From assembly GCA_964618625.1 (NCBI GenBank), contig CAZUBI010000001.1, positions 332,266-396,265 on the forward strand: a stretch of 64,000 bases of DNA. Reading direction: 5' to 3'. Source of the DNA: an uncultured Candidatus Saccharibacteria bacterium (GTDB lineage Bacteria; Patescibacteriota; Minisyncoccia; UBA6257). Under the pieces are notes generated by a model. That model did not search any database. It was not told the DNA's origin and worked only from the letters and a program-made list of their open reading frames with translations. Positions 37,277-47,344 of the stretch are shown here, in pieces (positions within the stretch are counted from its first letter, which is position 1; every line of letters begins with the position of its first letter). The position numbers and the translations under genes were made by a program.

Positions 37277-38353
37277 ATGCCATCATCCTTATTAAAGATA
37301 GCAATTGGTTTATTTTTGCTTTCTTTATTTTTTGGTAATTCTTATCTTTCTTCTCAAATTATGTTTCTTCAAAAAGAAGGGGAAGAGTTTTTAATAAAAG
37401 AAGACGGCTACCCCGTGATTTTAGAAGGTAGTGCATTTACTAAGACGGCTTATGCCTATCATGAATATTTGAGCGTGGAAGGAGGTCAAATTATTGAGGG
37501 GGATTTTGAAACGGATAATTTAGTAGAACAGAATTTTTTAATTATTATCAACAGCGATAGTTTTTTGGGCATTAATTCTCCTATAAAATTTTTATTACCT
37601 TCATCTCAACGTTATACAGTTTTTACCTACATAGTGCAGGAAGGAGATACACCTGGAAGAATTGCGGCAAATTTTGGAGTAAGTTTAAATACAATTTTAT
37701 GGGCTAATAATTTAAAATCCAGCTCTATAATTAAACCTAATCAGGAGCTTATTATTCTTCCAATTTCAGGAGTAATGCATATAGTTAAAAAAGGGGACAC
37801 ATTACTTTCTATAGCTAAAAAATACAGAGCATTATCTGATGATATATTTGTTTTTAATGATTTAAAAGATGAAGGTTCTATAAAAATCGGTCAAGAACTT
37901 ATTATCCCAAATGGCCGGCTTTCTTCAGCCACTTCTTTATTATTATCTGCCGGTCTTAAACCTATGACAATTGATATTAGCAATTGGCCAAAGACTGACG
38001 GTTTTTTTGCTTATCCTACTTCTTTCGGTTTGAATAGAGGAATTTTCCACTATTACAACGCAGTTGATATTGTTAGTTCCTGCGGAAGCCCTATTTATGC
38101 TGCTGCTGATGGAATGATAGTTGAGGCTAAAGGAACAGGAAGATATAATTACGGTTATGGTAATTTAGTTAAGATTCAACATTATAACGGCACCACGACT
38201 GTTTATGGTCATCTAAGCGAATTATCTGTAAAAGAGGGAGATAAGGTTTATCAAGGAGATTTAATAGGGAAAATGGGCAATACAGGAAATGCTGAAGGTT
38301 GCCATCTCCATTTTGAAGTTAGAGGAGCTCAGAATCCTTTTGTAAAAAGATAA
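37277..38353 (+). CDS. LysM-domain peptidase M23 (peptidoglycan endopeptidase)
   Basis: Two LysM repeats (YIVQEGDTPGRIAANFGVS and HIVKKGDTLLSIAKKY) and a C-terminal M23 domain with HLHFEV. Confidence 0.75.
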   Translation: MPSSLLKIAIGLFLLSLFFGNSYLSSQIMFLQKEGEEFLIKEDGYPVILEGSAFTKTAYAYHEYLSVEGGQIIEGDFETDNLVEQNFLIIINSDSFLGINSPIKFLLPSSQRYTVFTYIVQEGDTPGRIAANFGVSLNTILWANNLKSSSIIKPNQELIILPISGVMHIVKKGDTLLSIAKKYRALSDDIFVFNDLKDEGSIKIGQELIIPNGRLSSATSLLLSAGLKPMTIDISNWPKTDGFFAYPTSFGLNRGIFHYYNAVDIVSSCGSPIYAAADGMIVEAKGTGRYNYGYGNLVKIQHYNGTTTVYGHLSELSVKEGDKVYQGDLIGKMGNTGNAEGCHLHFEVRGAQNPFVKR

Positions 38354-38354
38354 A

Positions 38355-38642
38355 TCATTGATATTCATTCCAGGAAAATTCTGTTTTATATTGTAATGCC
38401 TCGGCAACGTGATTAAATTTAATTGTTTTTGTATTTTCTAAATCAGCTATTGTTCGGCTGATTTTTAAAATTCTGTGATAAGATCGAGCTGACAAAGAAT
38501 ATTTGTCGATGGCTTTTTTAATAGAAATATCTGGTAAGCCGATTATATTAAAAGAATGAAGTCCATTAGATACATCAACTTCTACTTCAATTAAAGTAGT
38601 TTCTAAGCCAAAAAAAGCGGCAGAGTAAATTTTAGACAACAT
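38355..38642 (-). pseudogene. Remnant of comM/yifB (Mg-chelatase-like AAA+) that keeps only the N- and C-terminal ends
   Basis: MLSKIYSAAFFGLETTLIEVEVDVSNGLHSFNIIGLPD matches the ComM N-terminus. SARSYHRILKISRTIADLENTKTIKFNHVAEALQY matches Mg_chelatase_C. The roughly 400-aa ATPase core is missing. Confidence 0.5.
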
Positions 38643-38680
38643 AATTTATGCATCCGCCGCTTTTTTGAGTATTTTATAGT

Positions 38681-39088
38681 TTATTTTTCCTTGGGCTTGT
38701 TTTTATTATTGCAGGTTATACAAGTTTTAGCCGCAGCATTGGCTTTTAAACGGTCTAATTGAATATCTTTTTTACAGATTTCACAATGGCCATAATTATT
38801 TTCTTTAATTTTCTCTAGAGCCTCGTTAACTTCTTTCAGTCGGAGCTCTAAAGCGTATTCTACGGCCAATAAATTTTCATATATTTCTACTTCTTTGGCG
38901 TCTTCATCAGGTGAAGAAGAACGACCTCCAAGATCTGGGAATCTGGTATCATAATCACCAGATATCTTCTTATCTTTATCGGCAAATTTTAACAGATCCT
39001 TTTCTAAAAGGGTTCGTTCTTGCTCTAATTTCTTTTTTAATTCAGAAAGAATCTTTTTATCCATAGTCTTAATATAAGACATAAACAT
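38681..39088 (-). CDS. DksA/TraR-family C4 zinc-finger protein
   Basis: Coiled coil followed by CEICKKDIQLDRLKANAAAKTCITC. Confidence 0.55.
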   Translation of the reverse strand: MFMSYIKTMDKKILSELKKKLEQERTLLEKDLLKFADKDKKISGDYDTRFPDLGGRSSSPDEDAKEVEIYENLLAVEYALELRLKEVNEALEKIKENNYGHCEICKKDIQLDRLKANAAAKTCITCNNKNKPKEK

Positions 39089-39193
39089 TCTATCATAAAG
39101 TCAGAATTTTGAAAAGTCAACCTCGGTAGATAGAAGATTATCTAACGGGGCCGATTGACCTTACAGAAAAATATTGATATTATGGAAACAGAT

Positions 39194-39264
39194 GCGGGGT
39201 TAGTATAGTGGTAATATACGACATTGCCAATGTCGAGACGCGAGTTCAATTCTCGTACCCCGCT
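39194..39264 (+). tRNA. tRNA-Gly(GCC)
   Basis: Acceptor GCGGGGT/ACCCCGC; anticodon arm CGACA-TTGCCAA-TGTCG; T-loop TTCAATT. 71 nt. Confidence 0.8.
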
Positions 39265-39270
39265 CTGAAT

Positions 39271-39301
39271 AAAAACAATCCGTAAAAACGGATTGTTTTT
39301 A
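39271..39301. terminator. Bidirectional terminator
   Basis: AACAATCCG-taaaaa-CGGATTGTT with an A-run upstream and a T-run downstream. Confidence 0.5.
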
Positions 39302-39315
39302 ATTTCTGGTAGAAA

Positions 39316-40800
39316 TTATTTTTTCTCTTTCTTTTTACCTGTAGCTTGCCCAGAAAGATAATCTACTCCTTTTAATTCTAGTAACATAAATAGAACCAAG
39401 AACAATAATATTGACCAACCTATTGTCCCAAAGACTGTCTTCCACGGAGATTCTTTTTTCTCTTCTTTTTTTTCAATAGACTCTTTTGTTTCAGCAACAG
39501 AATCAGGAATTTGTCCTTTTTTCATGGTTTTTTCTATGATGTCTTTAAGTCCTTGCCATTGCTTTGTCTCTATTAGTTCTTGGAATTTTTCACGAACTTC
39601 TGATTCTTTGAAAGATTCAACCAATCCAGGCAATACTTTGGATACTTCTTTTGAATCCAATCCAGCTTTTTCTAATTGATATTTGATATTTTCCTCAATT
39701 GATTCTTTTTCTTTATCTTCTTTTTCCTTTTCTTTAATTTTCTCTTTAACCCAAGCTTGGGCTTCTTTGGAAAGCTTTGATTGATTTTGTTTTAGATAAT
39801 CACTAAGCTCCTCTTGGTTTTTATTTAAGGTGCTATCCATTACTTGATTATAGTCAGGAGTCTTTCTGAATTCTTTCCAAACTTCTTCGCGTTTTTTATA
39901 ACTCTTCCGTGGATCAAGCTTTTCTTTTTTCTCTTCACTCTCCGGTTCTTCTTTTTCCTTTTGGAGAGAATCTTTCATAGTTTTTTCTATGGCATCCTGA
40001 AGTTCCTGCCATTGCTCTGTCTCTATTAGTTCTTGGAATTTTTCACGAACTTCTGGTTCTTTGAAGGATTCAACCAATCCAGGCAATACTTTGGATACTT
40101 CTTTTGAATCCAATCCAGCTTTTTCTAATTGATCTTTGATATTTTCCTCAATTGATTCTTTTTCCTTTTTTTCTTTTTTATTCTCTTTTTTGGATTTTTC
40201 TTTAGTTCCTTTAAGGATTTTATCTGCCTCCTCTTTATCTATTTCTGTTTTTTTCCATTTTATATCTTCTGCTTTAGCCCTTTTTCTTCTTGGTTGTTTT
40301 TCTTTATCCTTTTCTTTTGGATCTTTTATTTCGGGTTTATTCCATTCTTTTAATTCTTCAAGCGTTACAATCTTATCTATAAAAGGTCTATCCTTTTCTT
40401 TTTCTGAAGTGAATTTCAATACTGTTGCTTCTCCTGTTTTAGGATTAATGTTACTAATCACCCAACCGTCCTCGATCTTTCCTGAGGATATTTTAACTTT
40501 TACTTCTATAAACTTTCCTTTTTCATGTGCAGCTTTAAAATTCGCCGCAGCTTTAATGTTCTCCGGAATTAATTTTTGGATAATATTCTCATTTTTTATT
40601 TCTTTTTCTGCTCCTTCTTTTTTCTTTTTCTCAGATTCTTCTATCTCATCTTTAATTAGTTCTTCAGTTGGCTCCTCTTGTCCTGATAATCTCTCATACT
40701 TTTCCTTTATTCTTTCTCGTTTTTTTTTCTCCATTTCAGCATTCTTTTCATCTAATTCTTTGCGTATTTTATTAATGTCTGGCGTTTGTTCAATTCCCAT
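39316..40800 (-). CDS. Lys/Glu-rich coiled-coil protein with a C-terminal TM anchor and two roughly 66-aa near-identical repeats
   Basis: Repeat KESIEENIK.QLEKAGLDSKEVSKVLPGLVESFKE.EVREKFQELIET.QWQ occurs twice. C-terminal TM segment WSILLFLVLFMLL. Confidence 0.4.
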   Translation of the reverse strand: MGIEQTPDINKIRKELDEKNAEMEKKKRERIKEKYERLSGQEEPTEELIKDEIEESEKKKKEGAEKEIKNENIIQKLIPENIKAAANFKAAHEKGKFIEVKVKISSGKIEDGWVISNINPKTGEATVLKFTSEKEKDRPFIDKIVTLEELKEWNKPEIKDPKEKDKEKQPRRKRAKAEDIKWKKTEIDKEEADKILKGTKEKSKKENKKEKKEKESIEENIKDQLEKAGLDSKEVSKVLPGLVESFKEPEVREKFQELIETEQWQELQDAIEKTMKDSLQKEKEEPESEEKKEKLDPRKSYKKREEVWKEFRKTPDYNQVMDSTLNKNQEELSDYLKQNQSKLSKEAQAWVKEKIKEKEKEDKEKESIEENIKYQLEKAGLDSKEVSKVLPGLVESFKESEVREKFQELIETKQWQGLKDIIEKTMKKGQIPDSVAETKESIEKKEEKKESPWKTVFGTIGWSILLFLVLFMLLELKGVDYLSGQATGKKKEKK

Positions 40801-40814
40801 AATATTTTTTGCTA

Positions 40815-41432
40815 CTATTTTTTGTTTTTTATAATTTCATCAATAATTCCATATTCTTTTGCTTCTTCAGGGGTAAGCCAAAAATCTCTGTCAATCTCTT
40901 TTGATATTTTCGTAATAGGTTGTCCAGTATGTTTTGCCAAGATCTGATTTAATTGTTTTTTAACACGAAGAATTTGTTTTGCCGCAATTTCTATTTCTGA
41001 AGCTTGTCCTCCTGCTTCTCCCATTACCTGATGAAGAAGAAGCTCTGCATTAGGAAGGGCAAAGCGTTTGCCTTTTTTACCAGCAGCTAAAATGACAGCA
41101 GCGCCAGAAGCGGCCATGCCCAAGCAAAGTGATGAAACATCACATTTAACATATTGAATTGTATCGTAAATTGCCAGAGTAGAAGTAACTGATCCTCCTG
41201 GGGAATTGATATAAAGGAGGATGTCTTTTTTTGGGTCTTGATGTTCCAAAAACAGCAATTGGGCAATAATAGTATTGGCAAGGGGGTCATCAATCGGACC
41301 TCCTAAGAAGACGATTCTTTCTTTCAATAGTCGGGAATAAATGTCATAAACCCTTTCTCCAATAGCGGATTTTTCAATAACAGTAGGGACAAGAACCATA
41401 TTATTTGGTTTTTGGATAGAAGATTCTTTCAT
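40815..41432 (-). CDS. clpP: ATP-dependent Clp protease proteolytic subunit
   Basis: Ser/His/Asp triad context [14 protein letters not shown]...LLHQ; 205 aa. Confidence 0.9.
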   Translation of the reverse strand: MKESSIQKPNNMVLVPTVIEKSAIGERVYDIYSRLLKERIVFLGGPIDDPLANTIIAQLLFLEHQDPKKDILLYINSPGGSVTSTLAIYDTIQYVKCDVSSLCLGMAASGAAVILAAGKKGKRFALPNAELLLHQVMGEAGGQASEIEIAAKQILRVKKQLNQILAKHTGQPITKISKEIDRDFWLTPEEAKEYGIIDEIIKNKK

Positions 41433-41522
41433 ATTTTTTTATTCAAATTTTGATTATTCAAATATAATATAGTGGTTTTTTTTGAATCTGTCAAATACGA
41501 ATCAAATTTCTCTTCATAATTT

Positions 41523-42236
41523 TTATTTTAAAGATTTTTTGATAATAAATAAATCTTTTATTGTTGGATAAATTCTTTTTAGTATTCCATAGGTACTTTT
41601 TCGTTTTTCAATAACAGTAATAGGTAGTTCTTTTATTTTTAAACCTTTATATTGCGCCCTAATGATAAATTCTGTATCAAATATTTCTTCCTCTGTGATG
41701 CATTCATTTATTATTGGAGTGAGTTTTTTTCTATTAAATACTTTTAAACCATGGGTATCAGTCCCCTGATAATGAAAACAAAGTTTCAGAAAAAGATTAA
41801 AACTCTTAGTAATTAGTCGCCTTATAAAATTTCTTTTATCGTGAGAACCTTTTAATGTTTTTGAAGCAACTACAATATCAGCATTGTTTTTAATAATTAA
41901 ATCCAGGCCCTGTTTTAAAAAATTTACATCCCAAAAATCGATATTACAAATAGAAACATATTTTGTGGAGGCAATAGAAACCCCATGTTTAACAGCTTTT
42001 CCGTAACTGGGATTATCTAAGACAGCTATTTTGATTTGAGAAAATTGAGAAGCAAGTTTTTTCGCTATTTCTAAAGTATTGTCAGTGCTTCCATTTTCTA
42101 CCAAAATCAATTCTAAATTATTATATTCAGGGGGTAATTTATGAGAAATTTCTTGGAAAAGATTGTTAATTTCTTTTTCCAAAATGAGCCCTTCATTATA
42201 AATAGGAATAATGATGGAGATTTTTTTATTTTGCAT
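41523..42236 (-). CDS. Family 2 glycosyltransferase (dolichol-phosphate mannosyltransferase-like)
   Basis: ISIIIPIYNE...LVENGSTDNT, the GT2 N-terminal motif. Confidence 0.7.
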   Translation of the reverse strand: MQNKKISIIIPIYNEGLILEKEINNLFQEISHKLPPEYNNLELILVENGSTDNTLEIAKKLASQFSQIKIAVLDNPSYGKAVKHGVSIASTKYVSICNIDFWDVNFLKQGLDLIIKNNADIVVASKTLKGSHDKRNFIRRLITKSFNLFLKLCFHYQGTDTHGLKVFNRKKLTPIINECITEEEIFDTEFIIRAQYKGLKIKELPITVIEKRKSTYGILKRIYPTIKDLFIIKKSLK

Positions 42237-42302
42237 AAATCTAGCAAATATAATATGCTATATTAACTATAATATATATTAATTATAATATAATAAAAAG
42301 GC

Positions 42303-44387
42303 ATGAAAAACAATTATCTTATTATTCTTATCACTTTATTAGTTTTTGCTTTTGTTTATGGTTTTATAATTTTCCAACTCCCTTGGAATTTAATTTTTGC
42401 CGATACGATGGTTAGTGGAGGAGATACTGGTTCCCATAATTATATTGCTTATTATGCTCAGGAAATTTTTCCGAAAATAAGATGGTGGTCTCCTGATTGG
42501 ACAGCTGGTTTTCCGTTTCTTTATTTTTATCCACCTTTTTTGTTTTATTTAACAAGTATTTTTGCTCATTTTTTTCCGATAAATATTGTTTTCAAGATAG
42601 TAACTCTTTTAGGAACTTTTTGTCTGCCACTGACGATATTTTTGTGTTTAAAATTGTTGAAGTTTGAGTTTCCGATTCCACATATAGGCGCTCTATTTAG
42701 TCTAAACTATCTATTTTTAGAAAAATTTTCTATTTATGGTGGAAATATTCCGAGTACTTTATCCGGAGAGTTTTCTTATTCGCTTAGTTTTGCTCTTTTC
42801 TTTTTATTTATCGGTTTATTAGTGAAAGGGATAAAAGAAAATCGTTATTTAGTTCCTAATATTTTTATTCTTTCATTGATGGTTTTGGTTCACCCTTTTC
42901 CTGTAATGGTAGCAGTTTTGATAGGTTCCCTTCTTTTTTTTACAGAAGGGGTTTTAGTCAAAAAAGCAAAACAGATATTTGTTTATCTACTGAAAGTGTA
43001 TGGCAGTGCTTTTTTTATAACAGCTTTTTGGTCGCTTCCGTTTTTGGGTTTATTATCATATACAGCGAAAATGAGTTGGACACGGACTGTTAAATTAGAA
43101 GAGATATTTCCATCAACCCTATTGCCAATGTTAATTTTTGCTTGTTTTGGGATTTTGTATTTTCTTATAAGGTGGAAAAAAGAAAAAAGATTGACTATTC
43201 TATTTCTAATAATAATAACTGGTTTGATTCCCTATCTATTTTTAAATCATTCGAGTATTTTTAATGCTAGGTTTTTACCATTTATTATTATTGGTTATCT
43301 TTTGATCGCGTCTTACGGTTTAGGCTCACTATTAAACTTAATATCCTCGGCTTTTAAAAAATCATGGCGAGTTTGGTTTACGATATTATTTCTAATCTCT
43401 ATCAGTATTGTGTCGATTTTCTTTTATTTACCAAGAAATATTTCCTATATTCCTTTTTGGTTAAAATGGAATTATGAAGGCTTTGAGAAGAAAACAACCT
43501 GGACAGAAATATCCCCTCTTTTTGAGTATTTAAAATCTTTACCCTATGGTCGGGTGATGGTGGAATATCGACCAGAGTATGATAAATTTGGAACGCCTAG
43601 GATTTTTGAAAATCTTCCTGTTTTTTCAAACAAACCTACTTTTGAGGGGCTTCTAACAGAATCTTCGATTAGTAGTTATTTTCATTTTATTAATCAAACA
43701 GAAACTAGTCATAAACCCAGTGCTGCTATTGCAGGTTTTGAGTACCCTCCTTTTAATTTTGAAAATGGCGTTAAGCATATAGAACTTTTTGGAGCTCAAT
43801 ATTTTCTCGCTTTCACGCCAGAAATTAAACAATTAGCTAATCAATATCTGATTAAATTAAAAGATATTGGTGAATTTACTGTTTATCAAATGCCGAAATC
43901 TGAATTAGTGATTTTAGTGCCCCGCATAGAATTAAAATCAAAAAGCAAAGACTGGCTTGATGAATCGATTAATTGGTATAAAACAATGGATTTTTCTAAG
44001 TTTATAGTTTTTTATCGTAATAACAAAGAACTCAGAGATATCAAAAGCTATGTCCAAGATAATTCTCAAACTGAAGGATCAATAACCGTTAAAGATATTA
44101 GAAAGGATTCTTTGTCTTTTGAAACAGAGAATCTTTATAAACCACATTTGATAAAGATTAGTTATTTTCCTGGTTGGAAAGTAAAAGGAGCAAAAGGCCC
44201 TTATTTAATTAGTCCGTCTTTTATGATGGTAATTCCTTTTCAAAATGAAGTAACTTTAGAGTATTCTTATAATATTTGGGATAAAGTTGGTTTTGCAATG
44301 TCTATAGGTAGTTTTATGGTAATTTTATTGTTGTCGTTGCGAACTCTGTTTCTTTGGCAAAGCCAAAAAGGCGATGCGAAGCAATGA
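42303..44387 (+). CDS. Large polytopic membrane protein, a putative GT-C type glycosyltransferase (YfhO/ArnT-like)
   Basis: 694 aa with more than 10 TM helices, divergent from the GT2 gene. Confidence 0.35.
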   Translation: MKNNYLIILITLLVFAFVYGFIIFQLPWNLIFADTMVSGGDTGSHNYIAYYAQEIFPKIRWWSPDWTAGFPFLYFYPPFLFYLTSIFAHFFPINIVFKIVTLLGTFCLPLTIFLCLKLLKFEFPIPHIGALFSLNYLFLEKFSIYGGNIPSTLSGEFSYSLSFALFFLFIGLLVKGIKENRYLVPNIFILSLMVLVHPFPVMVAVLIGSLLFFTEGVLVKKAKQIFVYLLKVYGSAFFITAFWSLPFLGLLSYTAKMSWTRTVKLEEIFPSTLLPMLIFACFGILYFLIRWKKEKRLTILFLIIITGLIPYLFLNHSSIFNARFLPFIIIGYLLIASYGLGSLLNLISSAFKKSWRVWFTILFLISISIVSIFFYLPRNISYIPFWLKWNYEGFEKKTTWTEISPLFEYLKSLPYGRVMVEYRPEYDKFGTPRIFENLPVFSNKPTFEGLLTESSISSYFHFINQTETSHKPSAAIAGFEYPPFNFENGVKHIELFGAQYFLAFTPEIKQLANQYLIKLKDIGEFTVYQMPKSELVILVPRIELKSKSKDWLDESINWYKTMDFSKFIVFYRNNKELRDIKSYVQDNSQTEGSITVKDIRKDSLSFETENLYKPHLIKISYFPGWKVKGAKGPYLISPSFMMVIPFQNEVTLEYSYNIWDKVGFAMSIGSFMVILLLSLRTLFLWQSQKGDAKQ

Positions 44388-44397
44388 TAGGAGAAAA

Positions 44398-45678
44398 TTA
44401 TTGTTTTTCCAGTATTTGGAATACTTTTTCGTTGCGTATTATCCCCAACGCAAATTCTTTTAAGTCTTCGGGATTAACTTTTTCTTTAACTTTTGGGTCA
44501 GGAATCTGTTGCAGAATTTCATTAGCTTTTTCTTTTATCTCGTTCTCAGATATTTCAATCTTTTCTAAAAGACCAATTTTTCTTAAAACCAAAGCCGAGA
44601 AAACTCTTTTTTTTGCTAGTTCCTGGAAATCTTTTCTTAGCCCTTCTTCTGTTTTTTTAATCTGCTTGAGGTATTTTTCAAAAGTTAATTGGATTTTTTC
44701 AAGTTGGGACTTTAATTCTTCCATCATTTTCTCAATTTCAGTATGAATAAGTATTTCAGGAATATCTATTTTAGTATCTGTCATTATTTTATCTAAAACC
44801 GTTAAACGCCATCTTTCTTTTTCTTTTGCTTCTTTTTCAATTTTAAGCCCTTTTTGAATATTTTTCTTTAATTCTTCTAAATTTTTAAATTTTCCCAATT
44901 CCTGAGCAAATTTATCATTTAAAGGGGATAGTTTTTTCCTCTTTATTTCTTTGAGAGAAATTTCAACAGAAAGTTTTTTGCCTTGTAAATCTTTTTGAGC
45001 CCAAGATTTTGGCACTGTCACATTGAAGATTTTATTTTCTCCAGCCTTCATTCCAATTAAATTTTCTTCAAATCCTGGAATAAAATGTCCTTTTCCTAAT
45101 ACAAAAGAATAGTTCTTATCTTCGCCATTTTTAATTAAGTTTTTCTTTTCTTTAATCTGATAATCAATGGTAACAACATCCTCTTTTTCAGCGGGACGCT
45201 CTACTTTTTCCAAAACGGAACGGGAATTTTGCAACCATAGTAATGCGTCATCGATTTCTTTTTTCTCTATTGCAACATTCATTTTTTTCGCCCGCATATC
45301 TTTGGTGATCTTTTTATAATCAGGTAAATTTAAATTAGGAATAATAGATATTTCCGCTTTAAACTCTACCTCCTGATTGGGAATTATTTTAGTGATATTA
45401 ATAGATGGATAACCAATTGCTTGAATTTTTTTTTCTTTAATAATTTGCGGATAGAATTTTTCAATAGCTAGGCCAGCTGCTTTTTCATAAATTTTTAAAG
45501 GAGAAAAATGGTTTTCTGCGATTGACAAAGGGGCTTTGCCGACGCGATATCCGTTAATCTTTAAATCTTTATTGAGACCTTTTAAAGCGATATCTTTAAA
45601 AGGCAAAAGATCTTTTTTATCAAGATTAACAACTATTTCAATTTTTGATTTTGGAAGGGAGTTAATTTTTATTTTCAT
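44398..45678 (-). CDS. tig: Trigger factor
   Basis: N-terminal ribosome-binding domain, an FKBP-type PPIase core, and a C-terminal domain; 426 aa. Confidence 0.85.
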   Translation of the reverse strand: MKIKINSLPKSKIEIVVNLDKKDLLPFKDIALKGLNKDLKINGYRVGKAPLSIAENHFSPLKIYEKAAGLAIEKFYPQIIKEKKIQAIGYPSINITKIIPNQEVEFKAEISIIPNLNLPDYKKITKDMRAKKMNVAIEKKEIDDALLWLQNSRSVLEKVERPAEKEDVVTIDYQIKEKKNLIKNGEDKNYSFVLGKGHFIPGFEENLIGMKAGENKIFNVTVPKSWAQKDLQGKKLSVEISLKEIKRKKLSPLNDKFAQELGKFKNLEELKKNIQKGLKIEKEAKEKERWRLTVLDKIMTDTKIDIPEILIHTEIEKMMEELKSQLEKIQLTFEKYLKQIKKTEEGLRKDFQELAKKRVFSALVLRKIGLLEKIEISENEIKEKANEILQQIPDPKVKEKVNPEDLKEFALGIIRNEKVFQILEKQ

Positions 45679-45691
45679 AATTACAAATTTA

Positions 45692-46984
45692 TTATTTAAC
45701 CTTAACCTTTTTAATCTTTTTTGATTCTTTTTCTACTTTATCCTTTACCTTATTAGAACTTTTTTCTTCTTTTTTGATTTTTACTTTTTCTTCTTTTATA
45801 GTTTTTTCTTTGATATTTGCAGTTCCTCCTTCTATTGTTTCTTCTGGCGCAAGAGCAGAACGAATATCAATTTTCCAACCAGTAAGTTTTGCCGCTAAGC
45901 GAACATTCTGGCCATTTTTGCCAATAGCTAAAGAAATTTGATCGGGTGGAACAAACACCCTTACTTCTCTTTTCTCTGAAATAATTTCGGCTTCTTTAAT
46001 TTTCGCTGGACCTAAAGCAGACGCAACATATTTAGTTGGTTCTTCAGAATAAGGAATAATGTCTATTTTTTCACCGTTTAGTTCGTCAATAATAGTGGTT
46101 ACTCGTGTTCCTTTTTGCCCAACACAAGCGCCTACTGGGTCTACGTTTTCGTCTTTGGAATCTACAGCGATTTTTGTTCGGTTTCCCGGTTCACGGGCGA
46201 TAGATTTTATTTCTACTACCCCTTCACTTATTTCAGGAACTTCCATTTCAAAAAGATGAGAGACAAATTTTGGATGACAACGGGAAAGCAAAATCGTTGG
46301 ACCTCGCCCTTTTTCTTCCAAACGAAGAACGTAGAATTTTTTTCTTTCTCCTATTTGATAATGTTCACCTGGTATTCCCTCGTTGGCGTAGAGGACCCCA
46401 AATGTTCTTCCTAAATCAATATAGATATTTCTTCTTTCTATTCTTTGGATAATTCCACTTATTACCATGCCTTCTTTTTCTTTAAATTCTGAAAGAATAG
46501 TTTCTTTTTCCAATTCTTTAAGTTTTTGCAGAATAACTTGTTTGGCAGTTTGGGCAGCTATCCGGCTAAAATCGCTTTTTATCTCCAAAGGCGTAATTAT
46601 TTCTTCATCGATTTTAACGCTTGGCTTTATCTTTTTCGCTTCTTCTAAGAGGATATGCCGTTCAGGATTAAATTTGATCTTTCGATCTTCGTCTTCATTA
46701 ATCTCACCTTCACTCTCCTTCTTTTTTTTTGCTGGCTCGATTTCTTTTTCTTCTTCCTCGGTGATAACAGAAGATTTATCAACAACAACCTTTATTTGAG
46801 AGAATTTTACTTGTCCATCGTCAGAATTGATTTCTGCTCGAATAACTTGCATCTTTTTGCCATATTCTTTTTTATAAGCAGCAGCAAAAGCGACTTCCAA
46901 AGCTTCGAAAACTTTTTGTTCTGAAAGTCCCTTTTCTTCGGCAATCTGACGAATCAATGGTTTTAAAGTTTTTAGATCTAACAT
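45692..46984 (-). CDS. nusA: Transcription termination/antitermination factor NusA with a Lys/Glu-rich C-terminal tail
   Basis: NusA N-terminal, S1 and two KH domains (GQKGTRV, GKNGQNVRLA). Confidence 0.85.
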   Translation of the reverse strand: MLDLKTLKPLIRQIAEEKGLSEQKVFEALEVAFAAAYKKEYGKKMQVIRAEINSDDGQVKFSQIKVVVDKSSVITEEEEKEIEPAKKKKESEGEINEDEDRKIKFNPERHILLEEAKKIKPSVKIDEEIITPLEIKSDFSRIAAQTAKQVILQKLKELEKETILSEFKEKEGMVISGIIQRIERRNIYIDLGRTFGVLYANEGIPGEHYQIGERKKFYVLRLEEKGRGPTILLSRCHPKFVSHLFEMEVPEISEGVVEIKSIAREPGNRTKIAVDSKDENVDPVGACVGQKGTRVTTIIDELNGEKIDIIPYSEEPTKYVASALGPAKIKEAEIISEKREVRVFVPPDQISLAIGKNGQNVRLAAKLTGWKIDIRSALAPEETIEGGTANIKEKTIKEEKVKIKKEEKSSNKVKDKVEKESKKIKKVKVK

Positions 46985-47024
46985 ATTTTTAGATTAGTTA
47001 ATGTTAATTAATTTTATCCCCACA

Positions 47025-47085
47025 TCATAATGAGTACTAAGTGTTTTACACCAAAATATGAAATATGTGCTCATTTGGTGTGGGG
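47025..47085. repeat. Imperfect palindromic element containing the 13-mer TTTGGTGTGGGGG that also closes the tRNA insert
   Basis: CCCCACATCATAATGAGTAC...GTGCTCATTTGGTGTGGGGG. The arms are reverse-complementary with a few mismatches. Confidence 0.4.
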
Positions 47086-47157
47086 GTTTATTAAGAAAGA
47101 CCGCCTTTGGGCGATCTCATCGTTACTTTTTATAGTCTACCTTGTATTTCTTGGAAA

Positions 47158-47279
47158 GTCAACCCCATTAGAGATTTAAGTTTGCTTATCTATTTTCAAT
47201 AACTATAGTCGAGAGGCGACTTCGCCTTATAATCTTTATATTATTGAGAGACTTGGTTGAATCTCTAATGGGGTCAACC
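47158..47279 (+). repeat. MITE-like palindromic intergenic element, copy 2
   Basis: Terminal inverted repeats ACCCCATTAGAGATT and AATCTCTAATGGGGT, with interior homology to copy 1. Confidence 0.5.
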
Positions 47280-47344
47280 CCTGACCTCCCTTGCTATTAT
47301 TTGTAATTTTAGAAGAAAAATATTAAAATAAATAAAACAAAAGA

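Noticed and set aside
47025-47085. SRP (4.5S) RNA or another known ncRNA for the long hairpin upstream of nusA
   Set aside because: It lacks the conserved domain IV GGAA/AGCAGC motifs, and it looks like a palindromic repeat related to the tRNA insert.
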